Part shown: positions 11,759-24,868 of the stretch, one piece after another
How the letters are laid out: each line of letters starts with the position of its first letter
Position numbering within the stretch: the first letter of the stretch is position 1
Assembly (NCBI RefSeq): GCF_033153115.1
Contig: NW_026889758.1
Span: forward strand, 50,530,001-50,594,000
Source of the DNA: Saccostrea echinata
Lineage: Eukaryota
Reading direction: 5' to 3'
Length of the DNA stretch: 64,000 nucleotides
Translations under genes and position numbers: made by a program
The notes under the pieces: generated by a model
What the model was told of the DNA's origin: nothing
Database searches by the model: none
What the model saw: the letters and a program-made list of their open reading frames with translations, nothing else

Positions 11759-12195
11759 AGTGGACGCCTGGCTGAGATTCTACACTTCGTGTGAATTTGG
11801 ACAAAACGCAGATCTCATTATAAGACAGGGTCTATGGTGGGCTGTAGAGGAATAAAAGTGGTCGTCTGAGGACACAATTTCTTCATACACATTTATACTA
11901 ATATTGGGTATGATACCAAGAAAAAAAAAGAGATACTTTAATGAAATGAAAAAAAGACGGTGAGAATACTTTATAAAACCTTTTTTTTTAATATTAAAGG
12001 TACCTGAAACGTATGTATTGTCGTATTGTACATATACATTGCTAGCACCTATCCGCACTGCACATATTTAGTATTGTCAATCTAGATGTATTGTCGCCGT
12101 TCGAGAAATACATATGCATGAGTTTACATTGAAATAATGCTATTCGAATTGAAAATTATACCTTCAGTTTTCATTAGATTGCATGTAACAGAATC

Positions 12196-12500
12196 GCCCG
12201 CAACATTTGGCGCAGTGGTTAGAGCGTTCGCTCTAGAGTTGCGGAGTAAGGAGTTGATCCTTACGTCGCGGGTTCGAATCCCACCGTGGGACGTGGAGAC
12301 CGGTCCTTCGGATGAGACCGTATAAACCGAGGTCCCGTGTCGTAGTAGGTGCTGGCGCGAAAAAGAGCCCTCACTGCTCAATGGCCATGAGTGCCGAGCA
12401 TAGGTCAAAATTTGCAGCTCTCCACCGACAAGTGGTGGCGTCTCCATATGAGTGAAAAATTCTCGAGAGGGACGTTAAACAATAAACAAACAAACAAACA
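12196..12500 (+). mobile_element. tRNA-derived SINE with V-type central domain and (CAAA)n tail
   Basis: Pol III A box TGGCGCAGTGG (12208) and B box GGTTCGAATCC (12271), V-domain-like GATGAGACCGTATAAACCGAGGTCCCGTG, and 3' end GGGACGTTAAACAATAAACAAACAAACAAAC; a GC-rich island in AT-rich DNA. Confidence 0.9.
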
Positions 12501-12633
12501 CTAACATAAAAATAAGTTTTTAATACATAGTTGTCATTTATAACTCTAAATAAGCAGCTGCATGAAATGTGATAGTTAAAATATATACAAGCTGCACTGT
12601 GAAGAGGGAGAATGGTGCGATTAACATGATTAA

Positions 12634-12941
12634 GGACCCTCTCTACACGAAATGAAAATATTATACGAACATAGAGAAAATTATATTGTATAAAGGTGTA
12701 AATATTAAGCTTTAATATTTGTTAATTTTCAACATAGGGTGCCTGCCCCCCCCCCCTCCTCCAGGAAAAAAGTTAAAATTATCTTAGCCAATCAAAATGT
12801 TAAGAATGCTTCAAATGATAAGAAATTGATTAATAAACCGTATATTTCAATTTACTTCATTTTAGATCTAAGGGCAGATTACTCTAACTAAGTAAAATAC
12901 CAAGAATCAGGGCTCTTTAGTGTGTAGTGTGTAGAGGGTTC
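12634..12941. mobile_element. MITE with TTAA target site (Kolobok/piggyBac-like)
   Basis: TTAA|GGACCCTCTCTACAC ... GTGTAGAGGGTTC|TTAA. Confidence 0.6.
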
Positions 12942-14009
12942 TTAATATAAATTCATTAATAATAATTCCCCAAAACCCTCTCTCTCTCTCTTCCTCTCCA
13001 ACCCCAGTACAACATTCTTCGAACAACACCTTTGGAGACAAGACATGCAAATTCGCAGCATACATCGTCACCAAACACAATATATGCCAAAATGTACTTG
13101 GTACACTTTGGCACTTTTTAGCAGGGAGAAAAACAGGCTCATCTCAACACATATTGTGGCCGGTGTCAGTATGTAAAGGACGACAATATGTACGGTGAAG
13201 ATAGGTACATATTGTCAACACCGACAACATGTACAGGGTGACAAAATGTACCGTCACAAACATGCTTTCCTGTTCTTAAAGTTCTTCATCTCACTGGATA
13301 ATACAAATTGCAAACGCTGTATCATAAAACACTCAGTGAATGCAAACAGCAAAATTGGTCTTGTTGATACACGTGTCTCTTGAAAGAAGAAGACACTAAA
13401 TATACATCTATATTGTAGGGCTATCGACCAGCCAATGATGACCCAAGAAACTCAAAGAACTTTTCCTGGGAATGCCATGGGTTGGTTTACTTAATATGTA
13501 TACATCAAGAGATCTCTATCTACTGTTACTTAAAAAAAAGATGTCATTCATATTTCAAGCATTTACTTAGGTTTTCTGGGATATGGTAATTATCAAATAA
13601 ATACACGTATACATATGAACAGTTTGAAAAGATTGAAGTTCATGTTCAAATTATGCAGATCTTAAATACAAAGTCGACTTATGCATTGTCTTCTTGAAGG
13701 GGCTGTGAGAAGATTGTCAATGCAACCAGAGTAAACGGCGAGTTTAACACCACAAAATGGACAAATGTAATCATGTCAAAACGCGATAGGATTAGATGGG
13801 ATTGCCTTTGCTTATTCTTCCTTCGTTAATCTCATGGCTTGTTGCAGTCACATGATTTCATGCTTATATTGTACACAGATCTCTAGAAAAGCATTTCATC
13901 TACGGTTTGCCATAGCTATTTCTTATCAGCTTATAGAGCTTTTGGAGAAATTCTTGACCTTCTTGAATGAGATCTACGTCTCATGATAATATCTTGCTTT
14001 GTTCTAATA

Positions 14010-15161
14010 CTAGTATAGAATAGAATATATTTATTATTCCATATCAGGTCCCTTTAGAGCATATAACATACATGATTATTAAACAGAACATTCAAGTACA
14101 ATAATAATAAGAATTTACAAATGTGATAATTTAGGAGTATTCAGCACTATTTTAATATGTACTTAATCAATTTACACAATGCTTATAAGTTGAGATAATT
14201 GCTAACATGTAAAATTAAAATAAACATTGTAAAGTATAGGCCTAAACAAGTACCACCGTGTACAATAATGCAAAAAAGCCAGAGATGTACATATACACAA
14301 ATATATACTGTATAAAAAAAACTGTATAAAAAATATTCCACTAAATTGCCAAAGATACCACGGGACAGTGCATTGGTACTTTATAAGTCACCATGTTTGC
14401 ATTTGTTATAACCAAACTAACATTTATTGAGTGTCGAAAGTATGCAATTTTTCAAATTCCATATACATGTAAAGACACACTTTATTGCTCCCTTGGTCAA
14501 TTCATAAAGGGATTTAAAAACATCAGTAACTTCACAATTCAATATCCATATTAATTTGTTCATGATATCAAGAAGTAATTTCTTTTACAATGTTGTATAC
14601 TTTCATACATGTTTTGTCTAAGTTCATTATATTTTGAATATTCGAAGTGTAAATTAATTTCATCTCCAACTTGGTAAGAACAATTTGTACAAGTTCTAAG
14701 TTCTCTAGGAATCACCAAGTAACGGCCTCGTTCTACTGGTATAAATTATGTGCTGATGTCCGCAACCTTGTAAGTACTTTGCGTTGTTCAGGTGATAACA
14801 GTGCTAGGTAATTTTCAAAAACCAAAATATTTTTGAATTTTATATAAGTTTCAAGTTTTCCCTTTTGTAAGTTTCTGACCGTTTCTCATAATGTACCATT
14901 TATTTGTGTAATGATTGTATCAAAAACATGAGGAGATGTTCTAATGCTTGGTTGCAGTGATAACAAATCTTTCTGTAATTTAAAATATGCTTTCATTGCC
15001 TTTTTGTACAAATTATCAAGAGCACTGGAAAAATTTCCAGCTGCATTAAAATAGATTCCTAAATACCTATAAGAAGACACACATTCTATTTGTTTACTAT
15101 CAAAAATAAAATCACAGTATTTGTAATATATCTGAAGTTCGATTGAAAAGGATGACTGCAC
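14010..15161 (-). mobile_element. 5'-truncated, decayed non-LTR retrotransposon (CR1/L2-group) RT C-terminus, 3' UTR and (ATTCT)n tail
   Basis: ORF 15161..14886 contains IECVSSYRYLGIYF (RT thumb YKYLG motif) and KKAMKAYFKL...FDTII. Downstream there is a frameshifted SAHNL...GRY...R.C..C remnant; the element ends in AATAAATATATTCTATTCT at ~14010-14035. Confidence 0.8.
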
Positions 15162-17007
15162 TTAACGCCTGTTTTTGGGTCTTTTTCGGTTGCTTCTGTT
15201 GCTTTTATATCTAAACTTTATTTCACTTTTGTATGTTTATGAAAGAATCCTGTCAATTTGAAACCAAATTTAAATCTTAAAATGATTTTAGACTGTGATA
15301 CAATGAAATGATTCAATGTTTTTGTCCTTAGTGTTTTCCAAATATAGTGAATTTACAGTTAACTGCCCTTGATTGAACATTAGATATGCATGAGAGGTGG
15401 AGCTAACATTGTAAATATGGGTCTTAAATTAGACTTGATAAATAACAATGACATGTTTGGAAAAAAAGAACATAATCACTCTTTCCAATCTCCCTCTCCA
15501 TTCTGAATGGCACAAATACACTTCTGACAAAGGTTTCAAAACGAAACTAACAATATGAGCACGTCAATGTATAATTGTATATCAATGCCAGATGACTTAA
15601 CGTGTTCGAACACAATGTTCCAGTTAGCACAAAACATGCTACCTTACAAGTCACGTGACGGAATTTGGTATTCACAAAGTTACCCGAGGTAGGACATCAC
15701 GTGGTGAATTATAATATTCAACATGTCACAATCCTTGGTTACAACACAGAGAGCGAGTGTAAGAAGAGGCAGTTTTTTCTCTTTTTAACCATGAGCGCAT
15801 GTTTGTCTATTAATCTCCTTTTGACACATTATTATTTATGCAAATATACAACTACTGTGAAACGAAGAACAATAGACAAACATGCGCTGACTATGTATAA
15901 AGTCAGTAAAAAAGTGGGCGTCCTCATTATCGTACGGAGATTCAAGAAATTGTGATGACCCCTGCCTTTGAAAACAGATTCAAACTTCGTAAATACACAC
16001 TTTTATTAAACGTAATTACATAAAGTTGTAGATTGGATGTTGACCATTCTTGCAATGAAAAGGAAAATGCTTGTTTTGAAAGTTTATTTTGTCGCAAATT
16101 TCGCATGTCCTTAAGTGCAGTCATCCTTTATTTAGCAATTCTTTCGTATTTTGTACAAATTATACTTTAAAAAACCTTAAATGATCAAAATAGCAGTCTA
16201 CATGTTTTGATATTTCAAAAACAAACTAATGCAATGGTTAACAACATGTAAGAGATTTTAAATGAATTTTAATCGGTGGTTCAAATTTACTGACGACAAA
16301 ATTTATATCATAAATACGTCTCGTTGCCCAGAGACATTGCCTTTGCATTATGACCTTCAGCCAAGATTACAGCATACGTTTGATCATCAGAAACAATGTG
16401 AATTCATTCCAAAGGGGTATGTTTCATAGTTAATAATATCCCATTGCTTGGTGATCTTTGAGATTCATCCTGATTCAAAACTACCAAATTATGTAATGAT
16501 TTTAAAGGCATCTTTATACTCAATATTGAATTTATTTCAAAAGAAAACTGAAAATAACAGAAAACTTTATTTGATTGGGTCCAAAAATAATTATATTGCT
16601 AGTCTCTAGCTAATGCAAGTATCTGAACCTCCGATATTTGACTTTCTTGATTCTATTTTTACAGTTAAGAATTTACAAGCTAGAACTATTACAGGATACA
16701 AATCTGTAATTGCTGCTCTTCATATTATATGTACTACCAGATGTAACTGATATTTTGTTGACTATATCTTGAATGTGTGTCAAGCTCTTGAATCAATGGC
16801 ATATCTCATCAAGACCTATGGACAATGAGATAGAGAAATCGTGCCCAGGCTGCTAAAACCCTAAATCGGAAAGAACCGTTTGAATGTATTTCGTGTACAA
16901 AATGCTGCTCTTTTAGACATTGATCTAGGAAACCCTTCCTTAATGTACTGTTTGATGATATTCATGCTGAATATAAAAAAAATATTTCATGCTGTTATCT
17001 TTAACAT

Positions 17008-17432
17008 TATACATTTATTGACTGGGTTCGAGGGCAACATGCGTTTTATCGGACCCAAGAACCAAACTGCAAACACAGTTTGTTTCGAGAGGTCGACAAA
17101 ACGCATTTTGCCCGAGAACAGAGTCAATAAATGTTTTGTTATACCTTGTACTTTTTATTTTGACATAACATGATGTAAATTTTGTTTACCTTCACTGCGG
17201 TTTAAACTTGATCAATTCCGTAAAGTTCTATCGAACTCCAACGAATGCAAATAAGATACAGCTGATCCCGCCCACAATGTGACGTAAGCGGTCCAACATC
17301 TCATCGACAGGTCCAATATCTCGCTCTGCGGTCAAACATCGATTTTTTTATGACCGCTCAGTAAAACGTTGGAAATGTTAGACTTTTTAAAGTATAGAAT
17401 TATATAGGAAACAATTTTTAAATGTATAACAA
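17008..17432. mobile_element. Non-autonomous element with a ~125-bp terminal hairpin (possibly Crypton-type)
   Basis: ACATTTATTGACTGGGTTCGAGGGCAACATGCGTTTTATCGGACC ... GGTCGACAAAACGCATTTTGCCCGAGAACAGAGTCAATAAATGT fold back on each other (17011..17134). TTTGTTATAC after the hairpin pairs with GTATAACAAA at ~17424-17433. The class assignment is tentative. Confidence 0.55.
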
Positions 17433-18408
17433 ATTTATGTATTAATTTGCATGTAGAAGTCTGCTCCTTGCTGGCTTTTTAAGTTGTGTAGCATGCATGT
17501 ATATAGCTTTGGTAATCTATTATTCTGTTAATGGGAACCATGGCTCACGGTGCCGCCTCATCAAAAGGGGGGGGGGGTATCAGTATTCATTATGAAGTTC
17601 GATGACTGAACTTTCTGCAGTATTTTGGGGAATTGGTTTACAGTTAGCATAATGATGTTCCCTGCCACCTGAAAAGTCCCTTCTCTTTCTTGCATATCAC
17701 CAATCAGACAGGCAAGGCCAATCTATATCAGTATACTAGCTGAACACACTGATCAACTGACAGGTCGAGCTATAAACATTCCTCTGAGATAGAACTGAAT
17801 TGACAGGCTGATACCAGAGTTGCAAACAGATTTATTTGTGGTTTGACCCAAATATCGAATATTATCTGAGCAAAAACCCTGTATATATAACATCCATTTT
17901 GCTATCCTCACAACGTCAGGGGTCCTGTGGAGTCATGGCCGTGGAAAATGGTCTGTTACCGGTATCTCTATAACTGAAAATGTCCACCTTCATCCCTTTC
18001 CAGTGAAAAAAGAAATGCAAACCGCATTGGAATGGGTCTCAAACTTTTTAAGCTACTGGATCTATGTATAGGAAATCATGTTATTCCTAATACTCGTACA
18101 TGTAATAGTCTCACAAGTGCCCTTGTCTTAATCTGCCTCTGCTGCCTCTCAAAATGTCATTTCCCGAGACAACTGGTCAGAGAACTTACCTAAGTATGCT
18201 AAGTGCTGGTACATGTATGTCTGGAGTGAAAAATCTATTGCTGACCAACAACCGCAAAAATTAATCATAAAATATATCTATTACTGTCATTTGTTTGATT
18301 TCAAATAAAATAAGGGTAATAGCACTACCGTATTTGTATCTCACCCCCCCCTCTTTTTTTTCAGAACACGAAACAATAAGCATTGAGTTATTCAAAATAT
18401 GTAGTAGT

Positions 18409-18430
18409 GTACGCATGCGCACCGGAAAAG
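18409..18430 (+). promoter_or_regulatory. NRF1-like and ETS-like housekeeping promoter motifs upstream of NSL1
   Basis: GTACGCATGCGCACCGGAAAAG lies 17-38 bp upstream of the NSL1 ATG (AAAATGGCG context). Confidence 0.5.
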
Positions 18431-18446
18431 TGGGAAATTTTAAAAA

Positions 18447-21400
18447 ATGGCGGAGCGCATCCAGTGTCGAAGTCGTCGATCAACAGAAAATCTCTTTGTT
18501 ATGATAGAAGAAAGTGTATCGAAAACATTCAGAGACTGTGAAGATATTGACAGTTACGAAAAACAAAGAGTTTTTGAGCGTTTTAAAGAGGTACACGATG
18601 TCAAAATGAATATATAATTACAGAGTTTGTTTATAAACAAGATTACACCCATTTGCAGAATTTGTTGAATAGATATTGGATTCTTTTGAAAATTAATTTA
18701 TTGCTTGCGGTAATATGCATTTTTTTTTGTTTAGGTTTTTTGTAATTCTTTATTCTTCTTTTGCGTATTTCTAGATATACTTTGGAAGTCTTAAGAGTAA
18801 TATTGTTATTGATGGAGTGGGATGGGAAGAAACAAGTTGTGATGAAACAGCAGGTAAAGATTCTCGAAGCATTCCTAGTTTAATGTATCAACATATCATA
18901 AAAATGGTTATGTCAATATCTAAATATAGCAAATACTTTTTGATGATCTTATTTTAATTATTAAAACAGCTGCACAATCATAGGGGGATTAACATGATTA
19001 AGGAGATTTGAAATATTTCAATGTTGTTTTTTTTTCAATCTGTTTCACTGAAAAGTCTTTATAAAACGAATTTATTTTTCAGAATACAAACCCATTGACA
19101 TGGAGAAAAAGAAATATGTTGATACCACACTTGTGGAATTGGTGGATGATTCAATCATCAGAGTGAGCAGTCGACGGAAGAAGTACCCATCAAAGCTTAC
19201 CATTAACTGCAGGAAGATGTTGGAGGCTAGAACAGTTCAATGTGTGAGTTAAAGTATTGGTAAATTAATATTTTACTAACAATAAAAGGTGTACACATAA
19301 AGATTTTAAAGTTCTTGAATTTGAACTAAAGATACATGAGGTTCGCTATTTGATACTAGAGTTGGGTACTGCGAGTGAAAACCGTATTGCAATATTTATA
19401 CCCCCGTTCCGAAGGAGAGGGGGGTATACTGTTTTACCCTTGTGTGTCTGTCTGTCTGTCTGTCCGTCTGTCTGTCTGTCTGTCCGTAACAAATTTTGGT
19501 CGCAGTTTTCTCAGCAACTACTCATTGCAGATGCTAAAAATTTTAGCACTATGTTTGTTTAGGCATGCCATATGGTGGGATTCATTTTTGTACGAATTCG
19601 ATGTCAACTTCCTGTTTTTCCGTGCGTCTGTCCGTATCATACATAACAAATTTTGGTCGTAGTTTTCTCAGCAACTACTCATCGCAGGTGCTTGAAATTT
19701 TAGGACAATCTTTGTTTAGGCATGCCATATGGTGGGATTCATTTTTGTACAAATCTGATGTCAACTTCATGTTTATCTGTGTCTGTCCTTACCATACATA
19801 GCAAACTTTGGTCGCAGTTTTCTCAGCAACTACTCATTGCAGATGCTTGAAATTTTAGGACAGTCTTTGTTTAGGGATGCCATATGGTGGGATTCATTTT
19901 TGTACAAATCGGATGTCAACTTCCTGTTTATCCGTGCGTCTGTCCGTACCATAGATAACAAATTTTGGTCATAGTTTTCTCAGCAACTACTCATCGCAGA
20001 TGCTTGAAATTTTAACACACTCTTTGTTTAGGCATGCCATATGGTGGGATTCATATTTGTACTAATCCGTTGTCAACTTCCTGTTTATTCGTGCGTCTAA
20101 CCGTACCATACATAACAAACTTTGGTCACAGTTTTCTCAGCAACTACTCATCCCAAGTGCTTGAAATTTTAGGACAGTCTTTGTTTTGGCATGCCATATG
20201 TTGGGATTCATCATTTTTGTACAAATCCATTGTCAACTTCCTGTTTATTCGTGTGTCTGTCCGTATCATATATAACAAATTTTGGTCATATTTTTCTTAG
20301 CAACTACTCATCGCAGGTGCTTGAAATTTTCAATTTTCAAATGTTTATCCCTTCATCTGTCTGTACCATACATAACAAATTTTGGTCGCAGTTTTCTCAG
20401 CAACTACTTATCACAGGTGCTTGAAATCTTAACTCAATGTTTGTTTAGGCATGCCATATGTTGGGATTCATTTTTTACTAATCCAATGTCAATTTCCTGA
20501 TTATCACTGTGTTTGTCCGTAACTGAACTTGTGTATTCACATCAGAGCGGGGGTATTATTAGTGAGCATTGGCTCACAGACTTCTTGTTACATTAACTTT
20601 GACTATTGCTATTTATTGTAACAAATTATTTTTCATTTTTTTGAAAAAAACAATTTTTTATTGTTTTTATGAAGTAGCATAAATTTTCACTTAGCATTTC
20701 ATAAAAAGAATAAAGAGAAGAGTAAAGAAGAAAGTTGTGACATGTTTTCATGTGTTTAGGGGTATTATCAGTGCTCCAAGTCACACTTTCTATGAGGTTG
20801 CTAAATGGCGACCAAAAATTTTTTTGGTCGCCATTTCAGAATTTCTGGTCACCATCATCAGATATTTCACTCGCCATGGTGAAATCATTTTGTAAATATT
20901 ACATATAGTATATTATAAAAGCAAAGAACAAACACTCATAAATATGTACATGTATAATGTCTTTTTTAAATCAAAGATTACTTATTGCTATGACTAAACA
21001 CAGGGTTCTCCACATTTGAAAATTTAACCAGGGAGGAAGCTGCGCAAAAGTGAAATGTAATTGAAACCATGAATGCATGTTCAACCCTCTAACTAAAGCT
21101 TCCTTTCATTAATCAGTGGTTTGATTTCACAAATATTTTTTATTTACCATGGCAACACAAAAAGTTGAAATAGAGTTAATTTTTCTGTACACGTAATTTC
21201 GGGGAATTCCAACATGTTCACCATAAGATTATAACAGATTTACAAAAGATGACATAACGAGCAGTAACAACATAATAATCGACAAGCATCCGATTCAAGT
21301 TTCTGTGCCCAGAAAAAAATTAACCCTTTCAATTTCTTATTCCTTTGTATTTAATCAATTCCCCATGCTCTGTTTTTAAATATTTCTGATAAAATGTACA

Positions 21401-24400
21401 TAAGTGCAAATCGCCGTCTTAGCTTTATTAGAGTTATCTCCCGTTTTTATGAAACGTCGTGTGGCGCTATTTTTAGCACTGAGGCACGTGGAGAAGTAAA
21501 CAATGGCACAGGAAACTCGGCAAAAAATGCAATATGTAGAAAATAGAACGTTTAAAAAAAACAGAATAGAGAAAGAAAAATTACAGCTATGTCAAATTTA
21601 TGCTCCTGGTTATATTAAGTTATGATACTTTTACCATGTATGCCATCAGTAAGTTTTCATAGACCATGCAGCATGCAGTTAAAAAAGCTTAGGCATTGTT
21701 AGGATGTCAGTGTTCGTTCGACTGTTGGTTTGTGTGTCTGTCAACTTTTTTTTCAAAATACAATACTACCAATTCATCAGTCTTAGTCATATATAAATAA
21801 AAAGTTTCATACAACAGGTAACATCAATTCTGTATATCAGTTTTTGAATAATGTTGCCATGGTTACTTTATCAAAATATTTTTTTTTGAAATTCCTTCAA
21901 AACATTCCTACAGTTTTGGACCAATTTTGGTACATTTGTAAAGTAAGATACATAATTCTTTTTATTTTCATTTATATATATATTTTTTTTTTCAACTTTT
22001 TGTGTTGAAGTGGTTAAGTTTTGTGAAACCAATCATTGATTAATTAAGGTTAGAAAGTATAACATGAATTCGTGTTTTTGGTCACATTTCGCCTTCGCGC
22101 AGCTTCCTCCATGGTTAAATTTTCAAATGTGGAGAACCCTGTGTAGGTAGGTAGGGAAAACATTTTATTTTATTTCAATATTTTATTGGCAAGCACGCTA
22201 CCAATTTTCCCCAGGGAAATTGCTGTCAAAACATTTCTGATTAATGTGTGTAGGATATGCATTTTCTGAAACACGGAAGTGATCGAGATTAGGATTTCTA
22301 ATAGTGAAACTGGAATAGTTTACCCCTGGAAAGATATCTTCGGATAAATTTTTGGGGTCGGCTCATATATTTTAGGGTCGGTCGGGGAACCTGAAACACA
22401 CAATTTATTTATTTAGGCCTTTCTATTGTACTACATTCTCACAGTGCATTACACAGTAGATAATGACAGGGCTAGACATCAAATAGCATTGCCCGATGCC
22501 CAGGACAACCAGTTTTGTTTGGCGGGCAAGTTATTTGATAAATGTTACTTGCCCATGGACAAGTGCTTTTCTAGTTAACAAAAAATTAAGATGTTTGTTT
22601 TGCCGCTTTTGAAATATAATGAATAACGGCAGTGCACCAGTTTTCGCTGCTGTTGACCACACATCGAATACTCGGTTGGAACTCCTCTAAAATTTACCCA
22701 TTCATGTGTAGTTAAAATATTTATGCACAAGGTGTAAAACATGGCAACTATCGATATTAATGTCAAAAAAGTTGAAGAGGATTTTAGACCTTTTTTAGCT
22801 CACCTCAACGAAGTCGAGATGAGCTTATGCTATACCCTCGGCGTTGGCATTAGCGTCGGCGTCCCGGTTAAGGTTTTAGGAGCAAGTCCCATTCCCAAGT
22901 AACTATAAACCCTACCTGGACCAAACTTGCATGGATGATGCATCTAGGGATGGACACTACCACGCTTGCTTCGGATGCTGGATATGACCTAGATTTTCCA
23001 GATGAGTGACCAGGTTAAAGTTTTTGGAGCAGGTCCATTCCCAAGTAACCATAAGCCTACCTGGACCAAACTTGCATGGATGATGCATCTAGGGATGGAC
23101 ACTACCATGCTTGCTTCGGATGCTGGATCTGACCTAGATTTTTTAGATGAGTGACCAGGTTAAAGTTTTTGGAGCAGGTCCATTCCCAAATAACTATAAG
23201 CCCAACCTGGACCAAACTTGCATGGATGATGCATCTAGGGATGGACACTACCACGCTTGCTTCAGATGCTCAGGGGCTGACAAATCCCATTGCCCGACGC
23301 CCGAGGCTAGTGAATTTTAAGGGAGGGCAAGTGGAATTTTATCAACCACTTGCCCGTGGGCAAGTGACTTGAAAAAAATAAAATCCATATGTAAGTCATA
23401 GATCTAAAGCTTTAAACAGGGGTTTGCATGATCTACTCAGTATTTGTCTTCAATTTGTTTTTAAATATATATATAAATATGATAATAGTTTATGGTAGGA
23501 CAAGCAAATATCCAGGTAGGGCAAGTGAATTTTGACCCTGCACTTGCCCTTGGACAAGTGCCTAAAAATCTATTTGTCAGCCCCTGGATGCTGGGTCTGA
23601 CCTAGATTTTCCAGATGAATGACCAGGTTAAAGTTTTTGGAGCAGGTCCATTCCCAAATAACTATAAGCCCTACCAAGACCAAACTTGCATGGATGATGC
23701 ATCTAGGGATGGACACTACAACACTTGCTTCGGATGCTGGATCTGACTTAGATTTTCCAGATGAGTGATCAGGTTAAAGTTTTTGGAGTAGGTCCATACC
23801 CAAATAACTATAAGCCGTACCTGGACCAAACTTGCATGAATGATGCATTTAGGGATGGATATTACCACGCTTGCTTCGGATGCTGGATCTGACCTAGATT
23901 TTCCAGATGAGTGACCAGGTTAAAGTTTTTGGAGCAGGTCCATTCCCAAGTAACTATAAGCCCTACCTGGACCAAACTTGCTAGGATGATGCATCTAGGG
24001 ATGGACACTACCAAACTTGCTTTGGATGCTGGATCTGACCGATTTTCCAGATGAGTGACTAGATTAATGTTTTTGAAGCAGGTCCATTCCCAAGTAATGG
24101 GATGCTGGATCTGACCTAGATTTTCCAGATGAGTGACTAGGTTAAAGTTTTGGAGCAGGTCTGTTCCCAGGTAGCTATAAGCCCTACCAAGACCAAACTT
24201 GCATGGATGATGCATCCAGGGATGAACACTACACACTTGCTTCGGATGCTGGATCTGACCTAGATTTTGGAGCAGTCCCATTCCCAAGTAACTATAAGCC
24301 CTACCTGGACCAAACTTTCATGAATGATGCGTCTAGGGATGTACACTAAACAACCTGCTTCGGATGCTTGATCTGACCTAGATTTTCCACATTAGTGAAT

Positions 24401-24660
24401 TTTAGCCATATTTTAACTAAATTAGCATGGATGGTGTATCTAGGGATGGACACTTCCAAACTTGCTTTGGATTCTGAATCTGACTTACATTTTCCAGATG
24501 AGATACCAAGGTAATTTTTTTGGAGTAACTATATACATGTAATACTATGGCGTGTTATGATTAAACTTGCATAGATGGTGCATCTACGGATGAAACTTCC
24601 AGACTTGCTTTGGATGTTGGAACTGACCAAAATTTTCTTGATTAGTAAACAGGTTAAAAG

Positions 24661-24706
<46 letters not shown>

Positions 24707-24760
24707 CATTTTGTCTGTAGTCCGTCTGTCCGTCTGTCCGTCTGTCTGTAAACTTTTCAC

Positions 24761-24815
<55 letters not shown>

Positions 24816-24822
24816 AGTATCT

Positions 24823-24868
<46 letters not shown>

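Noticed and set aside
12196-12290. tRNA gene, even an amber-suppressor-like CT-CTA-GA loop
   Set aside because: The anticodon and acceptor stems do not pair, and the sequence runs directly into a SINE body and (CAAA)n tail; it is a SINE head.
13384-15660. Coding-like sequence either side of the LINE fragment (e.g. HDYICPFCG on the - strand)
   Set aside because: Multiple stops and no recognisable family; it may be a decayed gene or TE but cannot be supported without a search.
17590-18260. Coding-like, GC-richer stretch with a QRQGSCGVMAVENG peptide reminiscent of a cysteine-protease motif
   Set aside because: Frames are interrupted by stops and no accompanying catalytic His/Asp motifs or splice structure could be established.
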